From the NCBI GenBank assembly GCA_963803435.1, contig CAWDML010000001.1, positions 416,001 through 480,000 of the forward strand: DNA of 64,000 nt, given 5' to 3'. Made by a program: the position numbers and the translations under genes. The DNA is from an uncultured delta proteobacterium (lineage in GTDB: Bacteria > Myxococcota > Kuafuiibacteriia > Kuafuiibacteriales > Kuafuiibacteriaceae). Numbering within the stretch: the stretch's first letter is position 1; every line of letters starts with the position of its first letter. Below the pieces are notes generated by a model. The model did no database searches. It had not been told where the DNA came from and was given only the letters and a program-made list of their open reading frames with translations. Shown one piece after another: positions 42,077 through 57,600 of the stretch.

Positions 42077-44425
42077 TCAGTCGGCGGGGCCCAGCATCTC
42101 GAGGAGCAGGCTGCGAACCCGGTCGGGGTCGAACGGCTTCGAGAGCGAACGGACCTGACCGTCGAGAAACGCGCTGGTCCGCTCGGTGAACGTCCCACCG
42201 GTGATGAAGACGAAGCGGGACGCGAGCTCGGGCCAGCGGGTCTGGACGACCTCGAACAGATCGGCGCCGGTCATGCCCGGCATCATGACGTCGCAGACCA
42301 CGACGTCGCGCTTCGCGTCGACGGCCAGTCGAGCCAGCGCTTCCGAGCCGCTGTTCGCGACCTCAATCTCGTGATCGCCGAGGAGGCGCTTGAGCACGGT
42401 GGCCACGCTGGGCTCGTCGTCGATCACCAGGATCCGGCTGCGCCGCGCCCGTAGGCCCGGGTCGACGGCCCTGTGAAGCGCGCTTCGGGGCTCGGCGGCG
42501 GCCTCGAGCAGCTCGACGGTGACCCGGGTGCCCGCGCCGTACGTGCTCTCGACGTGGATGACGCCTCCAAACTCGCCCACCAACCGTTGCGAGATGGGGA
42601 GGCCGAGGCCCGAGCCGACGCCGCTGGGCTTGGTGGTGAAGAACGGCTCGAAGACGCGATCGAGGATCTGGCGGGGCATCCCCATGCCGGTGTCCTCGAC
42701 GGTGAGCGCCACGTGGCCTTCGGCATGCCGGCGCGTGCGAACGGCGATCTCGTGGTCACGTCCGTCGGCCTCGGGAATCGCGTGGGCGGCGTTGAGCAGG
42801 AGGTTGACGACGACCTGCATGAGGCGGCCCTCCTGCGCCAGCACGAAGAGATCGGGGCAGAAGTCGCGCACCAGGCGGGCGCGGTGGCGGATCTCGTTGA
42901 GGACCATGTTGCAGGCGCTGTTCAGCACGGTGACCGTATCGACCGCCTCGAGCTGGTGGTCGTCGCCGGTGTGCGAGAACGACTTGAGGTCGGCGACGAT
43001 GCGGCGGATCCGGGTGGCGCCCTCGAGCGCCTCGTCGAGCGCCTCGACGTGGGCCAGGTCTTTCAGCGTCTCGCCGATCGACTCGCGCAGAAACTCCAGA
43101 TCCCCGATCACGTAGGTCAGCGGGTTGTTGATCTCGTGCGCCACGCCGGCAGCCATCGCGCCCATCGCGGTCAAGCGGTCCGCGAGCGCCAGCTGCTCCT
43201 GCGCGATCTTCTGCTCGCTGAGATCGCGCAGGACCACGATCGCCGCCGGCTTTCCCTCGAAGGAGACGCTGCCCGCAGGCGTGACCTCGCAGAAGCGGAC
43301 GGAGCCGTCGAACCGCTGGAAGCGCACGGTCTGCGGGTGACCGGCCGCTGGCGCGCCATCGCTCTCGAGGCTGCTCCGCCACTCCGGATGGACGAAGTCC
43401 TCCAACCGCCGACCGATCGCTTGGTCGAGCGAGCGGCCGAGCACCTCCAGCATCGCTTGGTTCGCGAAGTAGATCTGACCGTCGCGGAGCACCGCCACGC
43501 CGGCCGGCATCCCGGAGAGCACGGCGCGAAACTCGTGATGCGCCCGGGCGAGCGCGACCTCACGCTCCATCCGACCGTGTACGCTCCGGCGCGTCGCGAG
43601 ACACGCCTGCGCGTGATCGTCGCCCGTCACCGGCGTCACAGTCAGCTCCTGCATCAACCGCCGGCCGTCCTTCCCCCGGCTCGCCATGGTGGCGATCCAC
43701 GGGCGGCCCTGCTTCAGGACGTCCATGGCGTACTGGTAGAAGGACGCGTCGTGCACCGGATCGATCGGATCGCGGAGAAGCTCGGCGAGCGGCCGGCCGA
43801 CCGCCTCCTCCGCGGAGTATCCGGTGAGGCCCTCCCAGGCGCGATTGACGTACAGCACGAAGGCCCGCCGGTCGGTCAGCTCGATCGGGTCCGCCCCTTG
43901 CGCGATCGCGTCGAGGAGAAGGCGTTCGAGCCGCCAGCGACGATCTCGCGTGAAGGCGGCCTCGAGGGTCGGGCGGATCGCGACCGCCCGCTCCACCGTG
44001 ATCGCTCCGAAGCCGGGCGCGGTGACCCCGGCCAGCAACACGTCGAGGCGTCCGTCGATCGCCACCGGGATCAAGACCACCTCCGCGCCCTGGAGCGCGG
44101 CGAGCGGAGCGAGCTCGGGCGCATCCGGGGTGCAGGCGCGCACGCCGCCGTCGGCGAGCAGACGCTCGAGCTCGGGTTCCTGGAGCTCGGCCGGGCTGCC
44201 GGCGTCGCCGATCCGAAGCACGGCGCCGGGCTCGTTCGCGGGAAAGCGGCGCTGGTAGACGAACCCCCGCGCGAATCCCAGATGGGACAGACACGCCCGC
44301 AGTGCGCCCTCGAATCGGCGCGGGAAGGCGGCCTCGCCGAGGAGCGCGACCAGCTCTGGGACGTCGTGGCTCGTATCCGAAAGGTTTGCGCTCCAAGCCG
44401 GCAAATTCAAGGCATGGTGACTCAA
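42077..44425 (-). CDS. Cytoplasmic hybrid histidine kinase (GAF-like, two PAS, HisKA/HATPase, receiver)
   Basis: YVNRAWEGLTGYS, GVAHEINNPL, NLLLNAAHA, DTGMGM, FFTTKP, GSGLGL, LVIDDE, CDVMMPG and KPF; start uncertain. Confidence 0.9.
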   Translation of the reverse strand: MSHHALNLPAWSANLSDTSHDVPELVALLGEAAFPRRFEGALRACLSHLGFARGFVYQRRFPANEPGAVLRIGDAGSPAELQEPELERLLADGGVRACTPDAPELAPLAALQGAEVVLIPVAIDGRLDVLLAGVTAPGFGAITVERAVAIRPTLEAAFTRDRRWRLERLLLDAIAQGADPIELTDRRAFVLYVNRAWEGLTGYSAEEAVGRPLAELLRDPIDPVHDASFYQYAMDVLKQGRPWIATMASRGKDGRRLMQELTVTPVTGDDHAQACLATRRSVHGRMEREVALARAHHEFRAVLSGMPAGVAVLRDGQIYFANQAMLEVLGRSLDQAIGRRLEDFVHPEWRSSLESDGAPAAGHPQTVRFQRFDGSVRFCEVTPAGSVSFEGKPAAIVVLRDLSEQKIAQEQLALADRLTAMGAMAAGVAHEINNPLTYVIGDLEFLRESIGETLKDLAHVEALDEALEGATRIRRIVADLKSFSHTGDDHQLEAVDTVTVLNSACNMVLNEIRHRARLVRDFCPDLFVLAQEGRLMQVVVNLLLNAAHAIPEADGRDHEIAVRTRRHAEGHVALTVEDTGMGMPRQILDRVFEPFFTTKPSGVGSGLGLPISQRLVGEFGGVIHVESTYGAGTRVTVELLEAAAEPRSALHRAVDPGLRARRSRILVIDDEPSVATVLKRLLGDHEIEVANSGSEALARLAVDAKRDVVVCDVMMPGMTGADLFEVVQTRWPELASRFVFITGGTFTERTSAFLDGQVRSLSKPFDPDRVRSLLLEMLGPAD

Positions 44426-44505
44426 GTGGCGCGAGCTGCGACGGTCCCTGCGCGGTTGACTGGGGCTTCCCTCTGTCGTCCTCCATCGGCAGGAGGTACA
44501 CGCGC

Positions 44506-44961
44506 ATGGTCAATCCTATCCCTGAGGGGCTGCACACCCTCACTCCACAGCTGAGCGTCGACGGCGCGGCCGAGGCGATCGAGTTCTACAAGAAGGCGTT
44601 CGGCGCCGTCGAGGTGTCGCGGGCTCCCGATCCGTCCGGCAGGAAGATCTGGCACGCGTCCCTGCGCATCGGCAACTCCGTCTTCTTCGTGAACGACACG
44701 TTCCCGGAGGTGGGCGGCAAAGCGCAGCCGACGAGCATGTGGATCTACCTCGAAGGTGTGGACGCCGCGTTCAAGCGCGCGGTCGACGCAGGCGCCAAGG
44801 TGTCGATGCCGCTGATGGACATGTTCTGGGGCGACCGCATGGGCAAGGTGGAGGACCGCTGGGGCAACAGCTGGTCGATCGCACAGCACACGAAGGATCT
44901 GACGCCGGAGCAGATGAAGAAGGCGCAGGACGAGTTCGTCGCCCAGATGAAGAAGGGTTGA
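44506..44961 (+). CDS. VOC/glyoxalase (PhnB-like) family protein
   Basis: AGGAGG RBS; PEGLHTLTPQL, AIEFYKKAFGA, DMFWGDRMG and DRWGNSWSI. Confidence 0.9.
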   Translation: MVNPIPEGLHTLTPQLSVDGAAEAIEFYKKAFGAVEVSRAPDPSGRKIWHASLRIGNSVFFVNDTFPEVGGKAQPTSMWIYLEGVDAAFKRAVDAGAKVSMPLMDMFWGDRMGKVEDRWGNSWSIAQHTKDLTPEQMKKAQDEFVAQMKKG

Positions 44962-44974
44962 TCGCTCGACGCCG

Positions 44975-46081
44975 CTACGAAGGCGCGGCCTCGAGGCTCG
45001 TGATCGACCGATCGCGACCTTGCGCCTTGGCCCGGTAGAGCGCCGCGTCGGTGCGGGCGATCCAGTCGGCCGATTCCTCACCGGCGATCAGTTGGGAAAC
45101 TCCCGCAGACGCAGTCACTTGGATCTTCTGTGTGCCGAAGTCGATCTCGAGCCGGCGCAGCTCGGCGAGGAACCGCTCGGCGAGCCGGGCGGCGTCGGCG
45201 AGCCCGGATTCGCGCAACAGGATCGCGAACTCCTCACCGCCGAAGCGGGCGACGCAATCCATCTTGCGGGGAAAGGTCTGCACCATCCGCTTGGCGATCG
45301 CGCAGAGGACCGCGTCCCCGCCCGGGTGGCCGTGCGTGTCGTTGATCGTCTTGAAGTGATCCAGGTCGACGATGATCATCGAATTCTGCTGTCCCAGCAG
45401 CATCGACATCACGACCGCGTGCTCGACCTGAAGGTCGAACGCACGGCGATTCAACAGCCGGGTCAACGGATCCGTCTCGCTCTCCTGGCGGACGTCGTCG
45501 AGCTGAACGCGAAGGGAATCGATCCGGTGGGAGAGCGCCTCGATCTCCGCCGATCTCTTCTCGTTCCGCTCCTGGATCGCCCGCTCCAGAAACGCGACCG
45601 CGGAGAGCGCCTCCTTCTTGATCTCGTCGATGGAGCTCTTGTCCACCGCGCTCCGGAGCCGGTGCATCTGTCCGCGGGTGGCCTCCTCGAAGCGCGTCTC
45701 CTCGGGGAGGTTGCGCGCCATTCGATCGAAGAAGCTCCAGATCAGAGAGCGGAGCTCGGCGAGCGCCCGTGAGGCATGCTCGGACTCTCTCTTTCGGTGG
45801 CTGCGGAAGAACTGCCGCGCGCCGGCCCAGTCGCGCTCGCGCGCCGGCCCCTCGTGCTCGTGCAGCGGGTGGGGTGTACCGAGGAGAAGGTGCCTCGACC
45901 AGGCGTCGAACACGCGCGCGACCTGCTCGGGCGGCACGTCCGGCACCTCGAGTGCGTGCTCGCCGAACGCGTGGAACACCACTCCGATGGTCTCGAGCGC
46001 GCCTTCGTTGATCTCGGCCGCCGGGTCGGACGCTCGTGGCGCGGGAGTGGGAGTCGGGAGAGGTGCACGGCGCCAGAACAT
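44975..46081 (-). CDS. Diguanylate cyclase (GGEEF) with helical N-terminal domain
   Basis: TDPLTRLLNRRAF, DLDHFKTINDTHGH, RxxD I-site (RKMD) before ARFGGEEF, and DAALYRAKAQGRDR. Confidence 0.93.
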   Translation of the reverse strand: MFWRRAPLPTPTPAPRASDPAAEINEGALETIGVVFHAFGEHALEVPDVPPEQVARVFDAWSRHLLLGTPHPLHEHEGPARERDWAGARQFFRSHRKRESEHASRALAELRSLIWSFFDRMARNLPEETRFEEATRGQMHRLRSAVDKSSIDEIKKEALSAVAFLERAIQERNEKRSAEIEALSHRIDSLRVQLDDVRQESETDPLTRLLNRRAFDLQVEHAVVMSMLLGQQNSMIIVDLDHFKTINDTHGHPGGDAVLCAIAKRMVQTFPRKMDCVARFGGEEFAILLRESGLADAARLAERFLAELRRLEIDFGTQKIQVTASAGVSQLIAGEESADWIARTDAALYRAKAQGRDRSITSLEAAPS

Positions 46082-46119
46082 CCGATCGACGATTCGACCG
46101 GCGCCCGGCAGCCTTTAGG

Positions 46120-46377
46120 TTACTTTGAGCCTTGGCCGGGATGGACCCCTCGGAGCCGCTCGTTGGTGAACTCCTCGCCGCTCATGGTGCCCACCGGAGG
46201 GGCCTCGCCCTCGCAGTACGTCTTCGTGAGGTGCGAGCCGGTCACACGCGCACGCCAGCAGCGGCGCTCCGTCTTGGGCTTGTCTTTGGAGGCGCCCGCC
46301 GCGGTCTCGGCGGTGGTGGCACAGCCGAGCAGGAGCGCCAGCGCGGACGCGGAGAACAGGCGTAGGAAGAGCCGCAT
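46120..46377 (-). CDS. Small hypothetical lipoprotein
   Basis: Lipobox LLLGC; C-x5-TGS-x6-C motif seen in small proteobacterial lipoproteins. Confidence 0.65.
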   Translation of the reverse strand: MRLFLRLFSASALALLLGCATTAETAAGASKDKPKTERRCWRARVTGSHLTKTYCEGEAPPVGTMSGEEFTNERLRGVHPGQGSK

Positions 46378-46442
46378 CCCTTCGACTCTAGCCGGCAGCC
46401 TTCGATCTGACCATTCGGGATCGCGACCGATGTCTCGGGGTT

Positions 46443-49400
46443 TCATCGATCGGCGACTTCACGATAGAGCGCGCGGAGTCGGTCGTACGTGTCGTTGGTC
46501 TTGAACAGGTCGAGGTCGTTGGGATCGAAGAGGTCGTCGAAGACCGAGCGCGAGGCGAGGACCGCACGCTGGATCCGGAGGCGCACGCCTTTCGCCCCCT
46601 CGTCCGGCCCCAGTGCGGCGAGGGACGCCTCGATGCTCGCCAGGCGGACCCGCCGCGTCTGTTCGGCCAGGTCGAGCAGCTCCCGGATCAACCCTTTACA
46701 CCGATCGAGATCGATCGTCTCACCCTGGCGCTCCTTCCACAGGAACATGCGCAGGCCCTGGATCCGAGGGTAGGCCATCCGCGCAGAGGTACCCCGGCTC
46801 CTCGGGTCGTGTGGGACGACCGGATCGATTCCAGTCCGACGACCCTCGGCGCGCGGTCTCCTCCTGGATCTTCAGCTCCTCGCGAACGCACTCGGTCTCG
46901 GCCTCGACCAGGTTCTCCGGCGCGTTCTCGATCTCGAGCGCGCGGCGGGCCGCCTCGACCGGCTTCATCCCTTCCGCCACCAGCGCATCACGTCGCAGGC
47001 GCCAGCGCTCGAAGTGGCGGAGCTCGTGGGCGAGCGCTTCGGTGGCACCGTCGCGGGTCAGATCGATCGCGATGTACGGCGTGCCGTCTTCGGTGACGAA
47101 GAACGGCGGCGCGTGATGCTCGAGCCATTCGCGACGCTCTCGGTCCTGGGCACCGAGCGCGTAGATCTCGCCGCCCTCGCGCGCGAGTCGTGCGACGGCG
47201 GACGCGATCATCGGATGGTCGCCCGACACGACGCGCCCGAGCAGGAACTCCTCGAGCAACCGCTTGGTGCCGTCGTCGCGCAGGCCGGCTTCGCGCTTGC
47301 GCACCGACCGCGGCGCCATCTCCTCGATCGTGAGGCGATCGAAGAGCGCCTCGGGGCTGGGATTTTCGAGGCGCGGCGAGGGCTGGGCCGGAGGCAGATA
47401 GCGCGACAGACCCGCCGTCACCGCCTGGCGCGGCTGCTCCGGCCAGTCCTGGATCGTCTCGAGGAGCTTCAGCCGCAGCTCCAGGAGCGCGTCATGGAGC
47501 AGCTCTGAACCGAGGATGCCGACCTGATAGTCGCGCACGCGATCGAGCACCGGGTGAAGGATCGATCCGAAAAGGCGGACCGGCGCCGGCGGAAGATCGT
47601 CGATCAACGCACGCGCCATCTCCTCCGCGGCGGAGGTGCGGAACTGGTACGGATCCACGTTCTTGGTCAGCGCGTCGAGCGAGGCGAAGAAGAACTCGAG
47701 CTCGCTCTTCGCGTGCGGATCGAGCTCGGCCGGGATCTCCTCGAGGCGCTCGGTCTTCGCCAGCGGTGCCAGCCGGCGGAGCTCGGCGACGAAGGCCTTC
47801 GCCGTGGTCTGCTGCGCCATCGCCTGCATCCGATCGAACTCGTGGGACGCGCGCTTCCAGTACTCCACCGTCGGATCCAGGTCCGCGAATGCGACCAGCC
47901 CGGCCAGGTTCTCCTGATGGGAGGCCTCCCGCTCCAGGAACTCGCAGAAGATCCGGTTCAGGTTCTCCAGCAACAGATCGCGGACCCGCTGGTTGAGCGT
48001 GAGCGCCGGCTGATCCTCCACGACGCCGGCCGCCGCCCGCGGCAGGAGCGGCGCGACGGCCTGATCCACCAGGCCGGCGACGTCGCTGAAGCGAAAGCAG
48101 TCGTCGTCGTACACCTGCGGGGTGGGCAGATCGAGCGAGCGGAACACCGTCTTCAGCTCGTGGCCTTCGACGGGGCGCCTCGCCTCCTTCGCCATGCGGC
48201 GCTCGATCTCACGGTGGTTCATACCGTTCGCGTCGTACCGAATCTTCCAGCGGGCGATCGCGCGGCACAGCCCCAGACCTTCGGGGCTCTTCGCCAGGTT
48301 CTTGCGGCTCGAGGGGTCGATCCCGGCGTGCTCGAACAGGGTCTCGAGCGGCAGCGTGTCGGTACCTTCGTGGCTGATCGGCGGGAGCCCGGCCTCCTGG
48401 AGCACCCGCGCCACCTCCTTGGCGGGCAGCACCCAGCACTCGTTGAGCTTGTGCTTCGCCAGCGCCTCGAGCTGGCCCACTGTCAGGCAGGCCGCCTCGT
48501 CCTCCATGCGATGACGGAGCAACGCCCGCCCACACTCGGCCTCCAACCACGACACCATCACCTCGGGAAGATCGTCGCGCTCGAGGATCTCCAGACGATC
48601 CTCTTCGAGCGAGGCGCGCTTGGTGGCGACCACCCGATCGAGCTTCGCCCGCCGGATGCGCCCGCTCTCCGCCTCTGCGCCGATCCGATCCTGCGCCCTG
48701 CGGATCGCGTGCATCACCCGGAACCGCTGCTTGTCGGTGGGGCGGAGCCGATCGAAGTCGGTGAGCTGGTCGCGCAACGAACGGAGCAGCTTGGCCGGGA
48801 GCCCCGACAGCGTGTCGTCGTTGAGGCTCGAGAAGAACTGCACGGTGCCCGGCTGTCCCTGCCGCCCCGCGCGCCCGGCCACTTGAAGGTCGTCGCGGCG
48901 CGAGCTCCGGTGTCCGTAGCACACGACCAGCAGCCCGCGGTCGCGCACGTCGGGCTGCGGTTGGACGTCGGTGGCCCGCCCCATGAGAGTGGTGACGGTG
49001 AGCGCCTTCCGCTTGCCCGCCCGCGCCACGTAGACCGCCAGATGCTCACCGTTCTCCGCGTTCACCAGCGCCGGGTTCGCCGGCGGCCCCAGCAGAGGGC
49101 GCGCCGGGAAGTCGTGCTCTTCGAGGAACTCGACGAATCGCTCGCGCCCGTTCGGGTCGGCGCGCAAGAGCGCCGCGATCTCCTCGCGGGCCCGATCCCG
49201 CTCCAGCTCGAGATCGGCCGACACGAACTTCTCCGCGAGCTGGGGTCCGCCCTCGAGCCGCTCGGCCGCCGCCAGGAGGAGACCGATCGACGAGGAGGCG
49301 ACGTCGGCCAGCGCCAGCAGCGGATCGCGGAGGCGCTCGCTCAACATCTTCGACTGGGCGACCGTCACCGCCGGAAAGAGGACGGTACGATCATCCCGGT

Positions 49401-51101
49401 GGTGCGCCTCGAGGACCTTCGCCACCGAGGCGCCGCGATCGAGATACTCGTTCACGAAGATCTCGTCGGGGAGGATCTCGAGCCGGCTGGGGAGTCGGGT
49501 GGGAATCTCGATCGAGGGGAGCCCGTAGACCTTGAGGAGCTCCGAGTGCGTGCCCTCGAGCGTGCCGGTGACACCGGAGAGGTGGGGGTACGAGGCGAAG
49601 AAGTCCTGATACGAGGACTGGCCCACCACCACGGTCTGCGCCTCGAGCGGGCGGCCCTGCGTGAGCGCGACGGCGTCGCTGGCGCCGTGGAAAAAGCGGG
49701 AGAGCGGCTGCGCGCGGCCGTTGTGCTGATTCACGAGCACGCCGTCGCCGACGAAGTGTTTGCCGCCCATCAGCGCGTGGCGCGCCAGCAGGACCTGCTG
49801 GAGCGCGTGAACGAAGCCGAGCTGCGTCGGGTGAGCGAGACCTTTCTCCGGCAGGGCGTGCCCGGCCTTCTTCAGCGCCGCCTCGATCGCGTCGAACCCC
49901 TCGTCCGTCAGGTTGACCAGGCGGCGCTCGTTCTCGTGGCGCACCTCGAAGTGACGTCCCGGCTCGAGGTTCTGGACCACGCGATCGGCGAGGCTCAGCT
50001 GGGCCTCCCAGATCGGATCGGGTGCGTCGCCGATCGTGGTGAGGATGACCGGCTGACGCGCGATGTCGAGCAGCACGTTGTCGGCCTCGTCCACGATCGC
50101 GTAGGCCGGCGGACGCTGCACGCGCATCCGCGCTTCGGTCCAGTTGCCGTCCTGGAGCCGATCAAAGATGAAGTTGTCGCAGAACCCGTAGGTGACGTCG
50201 GCGGCGTAGGCGGCGCGCTTCTCCTTCTGGATGGTGGCGGAGTCGTACTGGGGCGTGTCGCGCAGAACGTCGACGTCGAGACCGAGCGCCCGGTAGAGCT
50301 TCTGATAGCGCATGGCGTCGCGCTCGGCCGACTCGGTGCTCTCGGCGATCACGTGCACGCCTTTGCCCTCGAGGGCGGCCAGGGACGAGGCCATCGCGAT
50401 CGCCAGCGACTTGCCCTCGCCGGTCTTCATCTCGACCACGCGGTCGTCGAGGATGCCCATCGCCGTGAGCAGCTGAACCTCGTAGGGCTCCTCGGACATC
50501 GTGCGGGCGCTGACCTCGCGTATGAGCGCGAAGGCCTCGGGGATCAGGTCGCGGATCGGCGTCCCCCGCTGCACGCGCTCGCGGATCCGGGACCAGCCGG
50601 CCGCCAGCGCGTCGTCGCTCATCGCTTTCATCGCCGGCTGAAGCTGCCGGATCGAGAACAGCCAGCCGAAGTGATGCGGAGGCACAAAGCTGCGCAGGGA
50701 CGTCCGGGCTCCCGTCGTCAGCGACAGCATCTCCAGCATCCCGAAGCGTCGGTCCGCGGGGGCCGGGTCGGACTTCTCGACGGCGACGACCGGCGCGTCG
50801 CGAACGGGCCGCGGCCCCGATCCGAGCACGCCCCAGAGCTTCATTTCGAGGGATCCGTCTGGACGTAAGCGTCGTGCCCCTGCCACTGGTCGAGGACCGG
50901 GGCCACGGAGGGCGCCACGAACGACGCCGCATAGAGCAGCCCCAGCGCGGCCGCGCCGACCTGGAGCACGCGCCGGCGGATCCTGTCCTCCCGAGTCGCG
51001 GTCTGTTGCCGGTGGAGGATGTCGGCGGTGTCGAACGGCCTCGGCCCCGTCGCGACCGCGAGCGGGTCTCTCTGTCCCATGTCAGTGCGCACGCGACTCA
51101 C
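46443..51101 (-). CDS. Divergent SecA-like ATPase with probable N-terminal TM segment and C-terminal HExxH domain; assembled from ORFs 50841..51101, 46720..50886 and 46443..46778 across two apparent frameshifts (~50850, ~46785)
   Basis: PYEVQL, EMKTGEGKS, AYAADVTYG, IVDEADNVLLD, SGVTGT, IPT, MGRATDV, SSRRDDLQVAGRAGRQGQPG, FFSSLND and DPTVEY parallel the SecA motifs in order; no SEC-C motif; ALAHELRH at 47014-47028. Joining the flanking ORFs is inference. Confidence 0.8.
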
Positions 51102-51268
51102 TTATCGGTGGTCCGCGCGATGTGTATCGCGAAGCTGCAGATCGTCCGAACCAGACGTTGGGTCTGGTCGATAACAGACGCGTGCATGTGAAGGCGGGGT
51201 GGAAGGGCCGAAAACCGGCTCTCGAGGTCGGGTCGAAGTGTACCCCGCTTCCCATAATCGCGACCTCG

Positions 51269-54538
<3,270 letters not shown>

Positions 54539-54699
54539 CCCCTCCCCACCGCGACCCTGTTTGCGACCTGGTACCGGGCGATCCCGCGCCCATCGCGCGC
54601 GTTCGTAACCCAGGTACCAGCGTTTGATATGTGGGTGTACCTCAGAGACGACACACATTCGGTCCACACCGCGACAACCTCTGTGAGGGACGAACAGAG

Positions 54700-57600
54700 A
54701 TGGTCACAGCACGCCTAGGGACCGACTTCGGCCGGAGCTTCGTACGCTCCACCGGACACGAATCGCGCACGGGCGCGTCCGAGCTCCGGCTCGAGACGCC
54801 CGCGCCGCCGCTCCGCGGAGGAGAGATCAGGTCGAAGCGGCCAGGGGGACTGGCCGCCTTCCTGGGGCTGGGCCGAGGGGGCCGAAGCCTGGCCAGCCTG
54901 GGCGCGATCGCCGCCGCCAGCATCGGGTTCACGCTGGCGCAGGCACCCACGCCGGCGCTCGCCGACTACGTACGACCCAACGCCGACAACGTCTACGAGC
55001 TGGTTCGCGCCGACGCCACCGCGCCCGTGCTCCCGGCCGCCGCCGCCGGAGAGAACGCCGACCAGGTGCGCGCGCTCGATACCAGCCACGAGCTCAGCGA
55101 GCAGGAGCTGATGACCTATCCGCTCTTCGCGAAGCTCTGGAACGAGATCACCAACGTCGGTGAGTTCGAGATCGCGCCGAGCCACCTGGCCAAGATCATG
55201 GACTACGCCTCCAGCCACAACCTGCACGGCGACCCGCTCCCGCAGATCCCCGTGATCTCCGGACCCGAGGGCGCGCGCATGATCTCGGAGGGCAACCGCG
55301 CCCTGATCAAGCACCTGCTCCAGCACCCGTACTACGGCGCATTCATCGAGCAGGAGGCCCGCCCCCTGCTCGAGGGTGCGTTCGGGCTGCCGATCGAGAG
55401 CGCAGCCACGCAGGCCGGCGATCATCCGATCGACGTCGGCAACTTCGATCGCTCCCAGGTCCCCGAATGGCACGGCTCGAACTACCAGGGCAACGCGGTC
55501 GCGACGCTCAATCGGGATTTGACGAGCGAGTTCTCGTTGAACCACGGCTGGTACGAGGAAGGCTCGAACGAGCAGAGCGCCGGGCGCTTGACCGCGCTCC
55601 TCCTGCACTTCGGGCGCGCGATCCACATGTACGATCAGCTCGACGTCACGGCGACGTCGATCGACAAGGTCAGCGCAGCGTTTCACCAGCTCCCGATCTT
55701 CCAGGGAAACGGCGAGAAGGCGCAGTTCCTCAGGGACTACTTCGCGCGCGACTTCAACGGCTCCGGCATGGGGCTCGCGGAGTCCATCCTCCGCGGGTTC
55801 GATCCCGATCAGCTCCCCGTGAGCTTCCCGGACGCCACCACCAAGGTGGAGAGCACGACCAGCCTCTCCATGAGCTCGACGTCCTTCACCAAGCCCCTGT
55901 CGGTGATCGACGAGTACCGGGTGGCGATCGGCCTCAACGCCGCCGCGGTGGAGCGTTTCACGCAGCCGGTGCACAACACGGTGATCGGCGGCGTGAAGGG
56001 CAATTACAAGACGACGCTCAACGAGCTGAAGCCGTTCGCCTCCGAGGTGAACTTCGGCGTGGTGCTCGAGTTCGGCGATCGCGACCATGGCTTCTCCCGC
56101 GATCCACAGGCTGCGCAGCTCAAGCCGAAGCCGGGATTCGACTTCCCCATCGACGCGGTCACCGCCACCGGAGTCTCCGTGAACGGACGCGGCGCCACCC
56201 TGCGCGTCTACCAGCAGCGGCCCGACGGCCACGCCGGAGAGCGTCTCTCCGTCGAGAAGGTGATCCACGAGGAGGACGGACAGCCGAAGTACTGGACCGC
56301 GGTCTTCCGCGACTCCGCGGGAAACGAGGTCGCACCCGACAAGGTGATCGGCCTGCTCGAAGTCAACGGCCGGCCGCTCGGCGACGGGCTCGCGAACCAG
56401 ACCCTGGACAGCGGTTTCTGGGGCTACTGCGACCTCAACACCGGGCAGACCATCACGGGTGCGATCCACCAGATCCCGGCGCTCGACGTCGACGGGTCGG
56501 TCTACATCCAGGCGGGCGATCGCGTCCTCGAGGTCCCGAAGGACCTGGCGCAGCAGATCGTCAACATGGGCGTGGCGGACTCGGCGCCGCGGACCAAGTG
56601 GGCCGGACATCGCCACGACCGCGACGCCTCCGAGGTGCGGTGGACGCGCGGGAACCTCATCATCACCGACTTCGGACAGATGCAGGGGTTCGACTCCGAT
56701 CCGCGCGTGTACCCGCGCTCGATGATCGAGTGGCTCCCGGGCGACCACCTCCAGATCAACTTCGACAAGCACTCCGACCACCCACCAGGCGTGCTCCGTC
56801 TCCAGACCGCGAGCGGTCCCGAGACGATCGATGCGTCGAAAGTGGTTCGGTTGATCCAGGCCCAGAACGGAGAGGTCACGGTCGTCTACAACTCGAGCTG
56901 GACCAAGACCGGCAAGCTGTTGACGCCGCTGTCGCTCGATTGGGCGCACGCTCCGCTGGTCGCGGGTTCGAGCGACTCGGAGGGTGGGCTGACCATCACC
57001 GCGCACAGCGAGGCCTACAAGATGCAGGCGAACGATACGCTCGACCGGATCTACCGCCAGCGGGTACAGGCGACCGGCGTCAGCTACGCGGCCTTCAAGG
57101 AGGCGAACGCGGACCTGTATGCGCACGCGCAGTCGCTGGCCCTCGACACGCCGGTGAAGATCCCCGTGCTGATGTCCGATCTGTACCGGGACAACGCGGC
57201 GCCGCTCGGCATCTCCGAAGCCGACTTCAAGGCGGCCAACCCGGAGCTGTACGCGCGCACGCAGGCGGTGGCCTACGATGGCGAGACGTTCAAGGTGCCG
57301 CAGCGCGTGATCCAGAACGATCCGGCGCATCCGTTCGTCGGTGAGCTGGTGCTCAAGACAGTGCGCGGGACCGAGGAGATCATCCCGGCGGATCACCTGC
57401 TGTCGGTCAACGGCGAGTCCGAGCAGGACATTCGATTCACGTACTTCATGAAGTTCGTGATCGACTCGCGGGGCGTCTACGCCACCGACGCCTCCACCGG
57501 CGCCTCGGTCTCGAACGGCGCGCGCTACGTCAACGACATCAACCTGGTGGTGGAACGCGGCGCCGAGCGTCCGGACTGGGCGAAGGACCAGGTGCTGGCC

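Noticed and set aside
46720-50886. Housekeeping secA gene symbol
   Set aside because: The motifs are too divergent, SEC-C is absent and extra domains are present, so the symbol was withheld.
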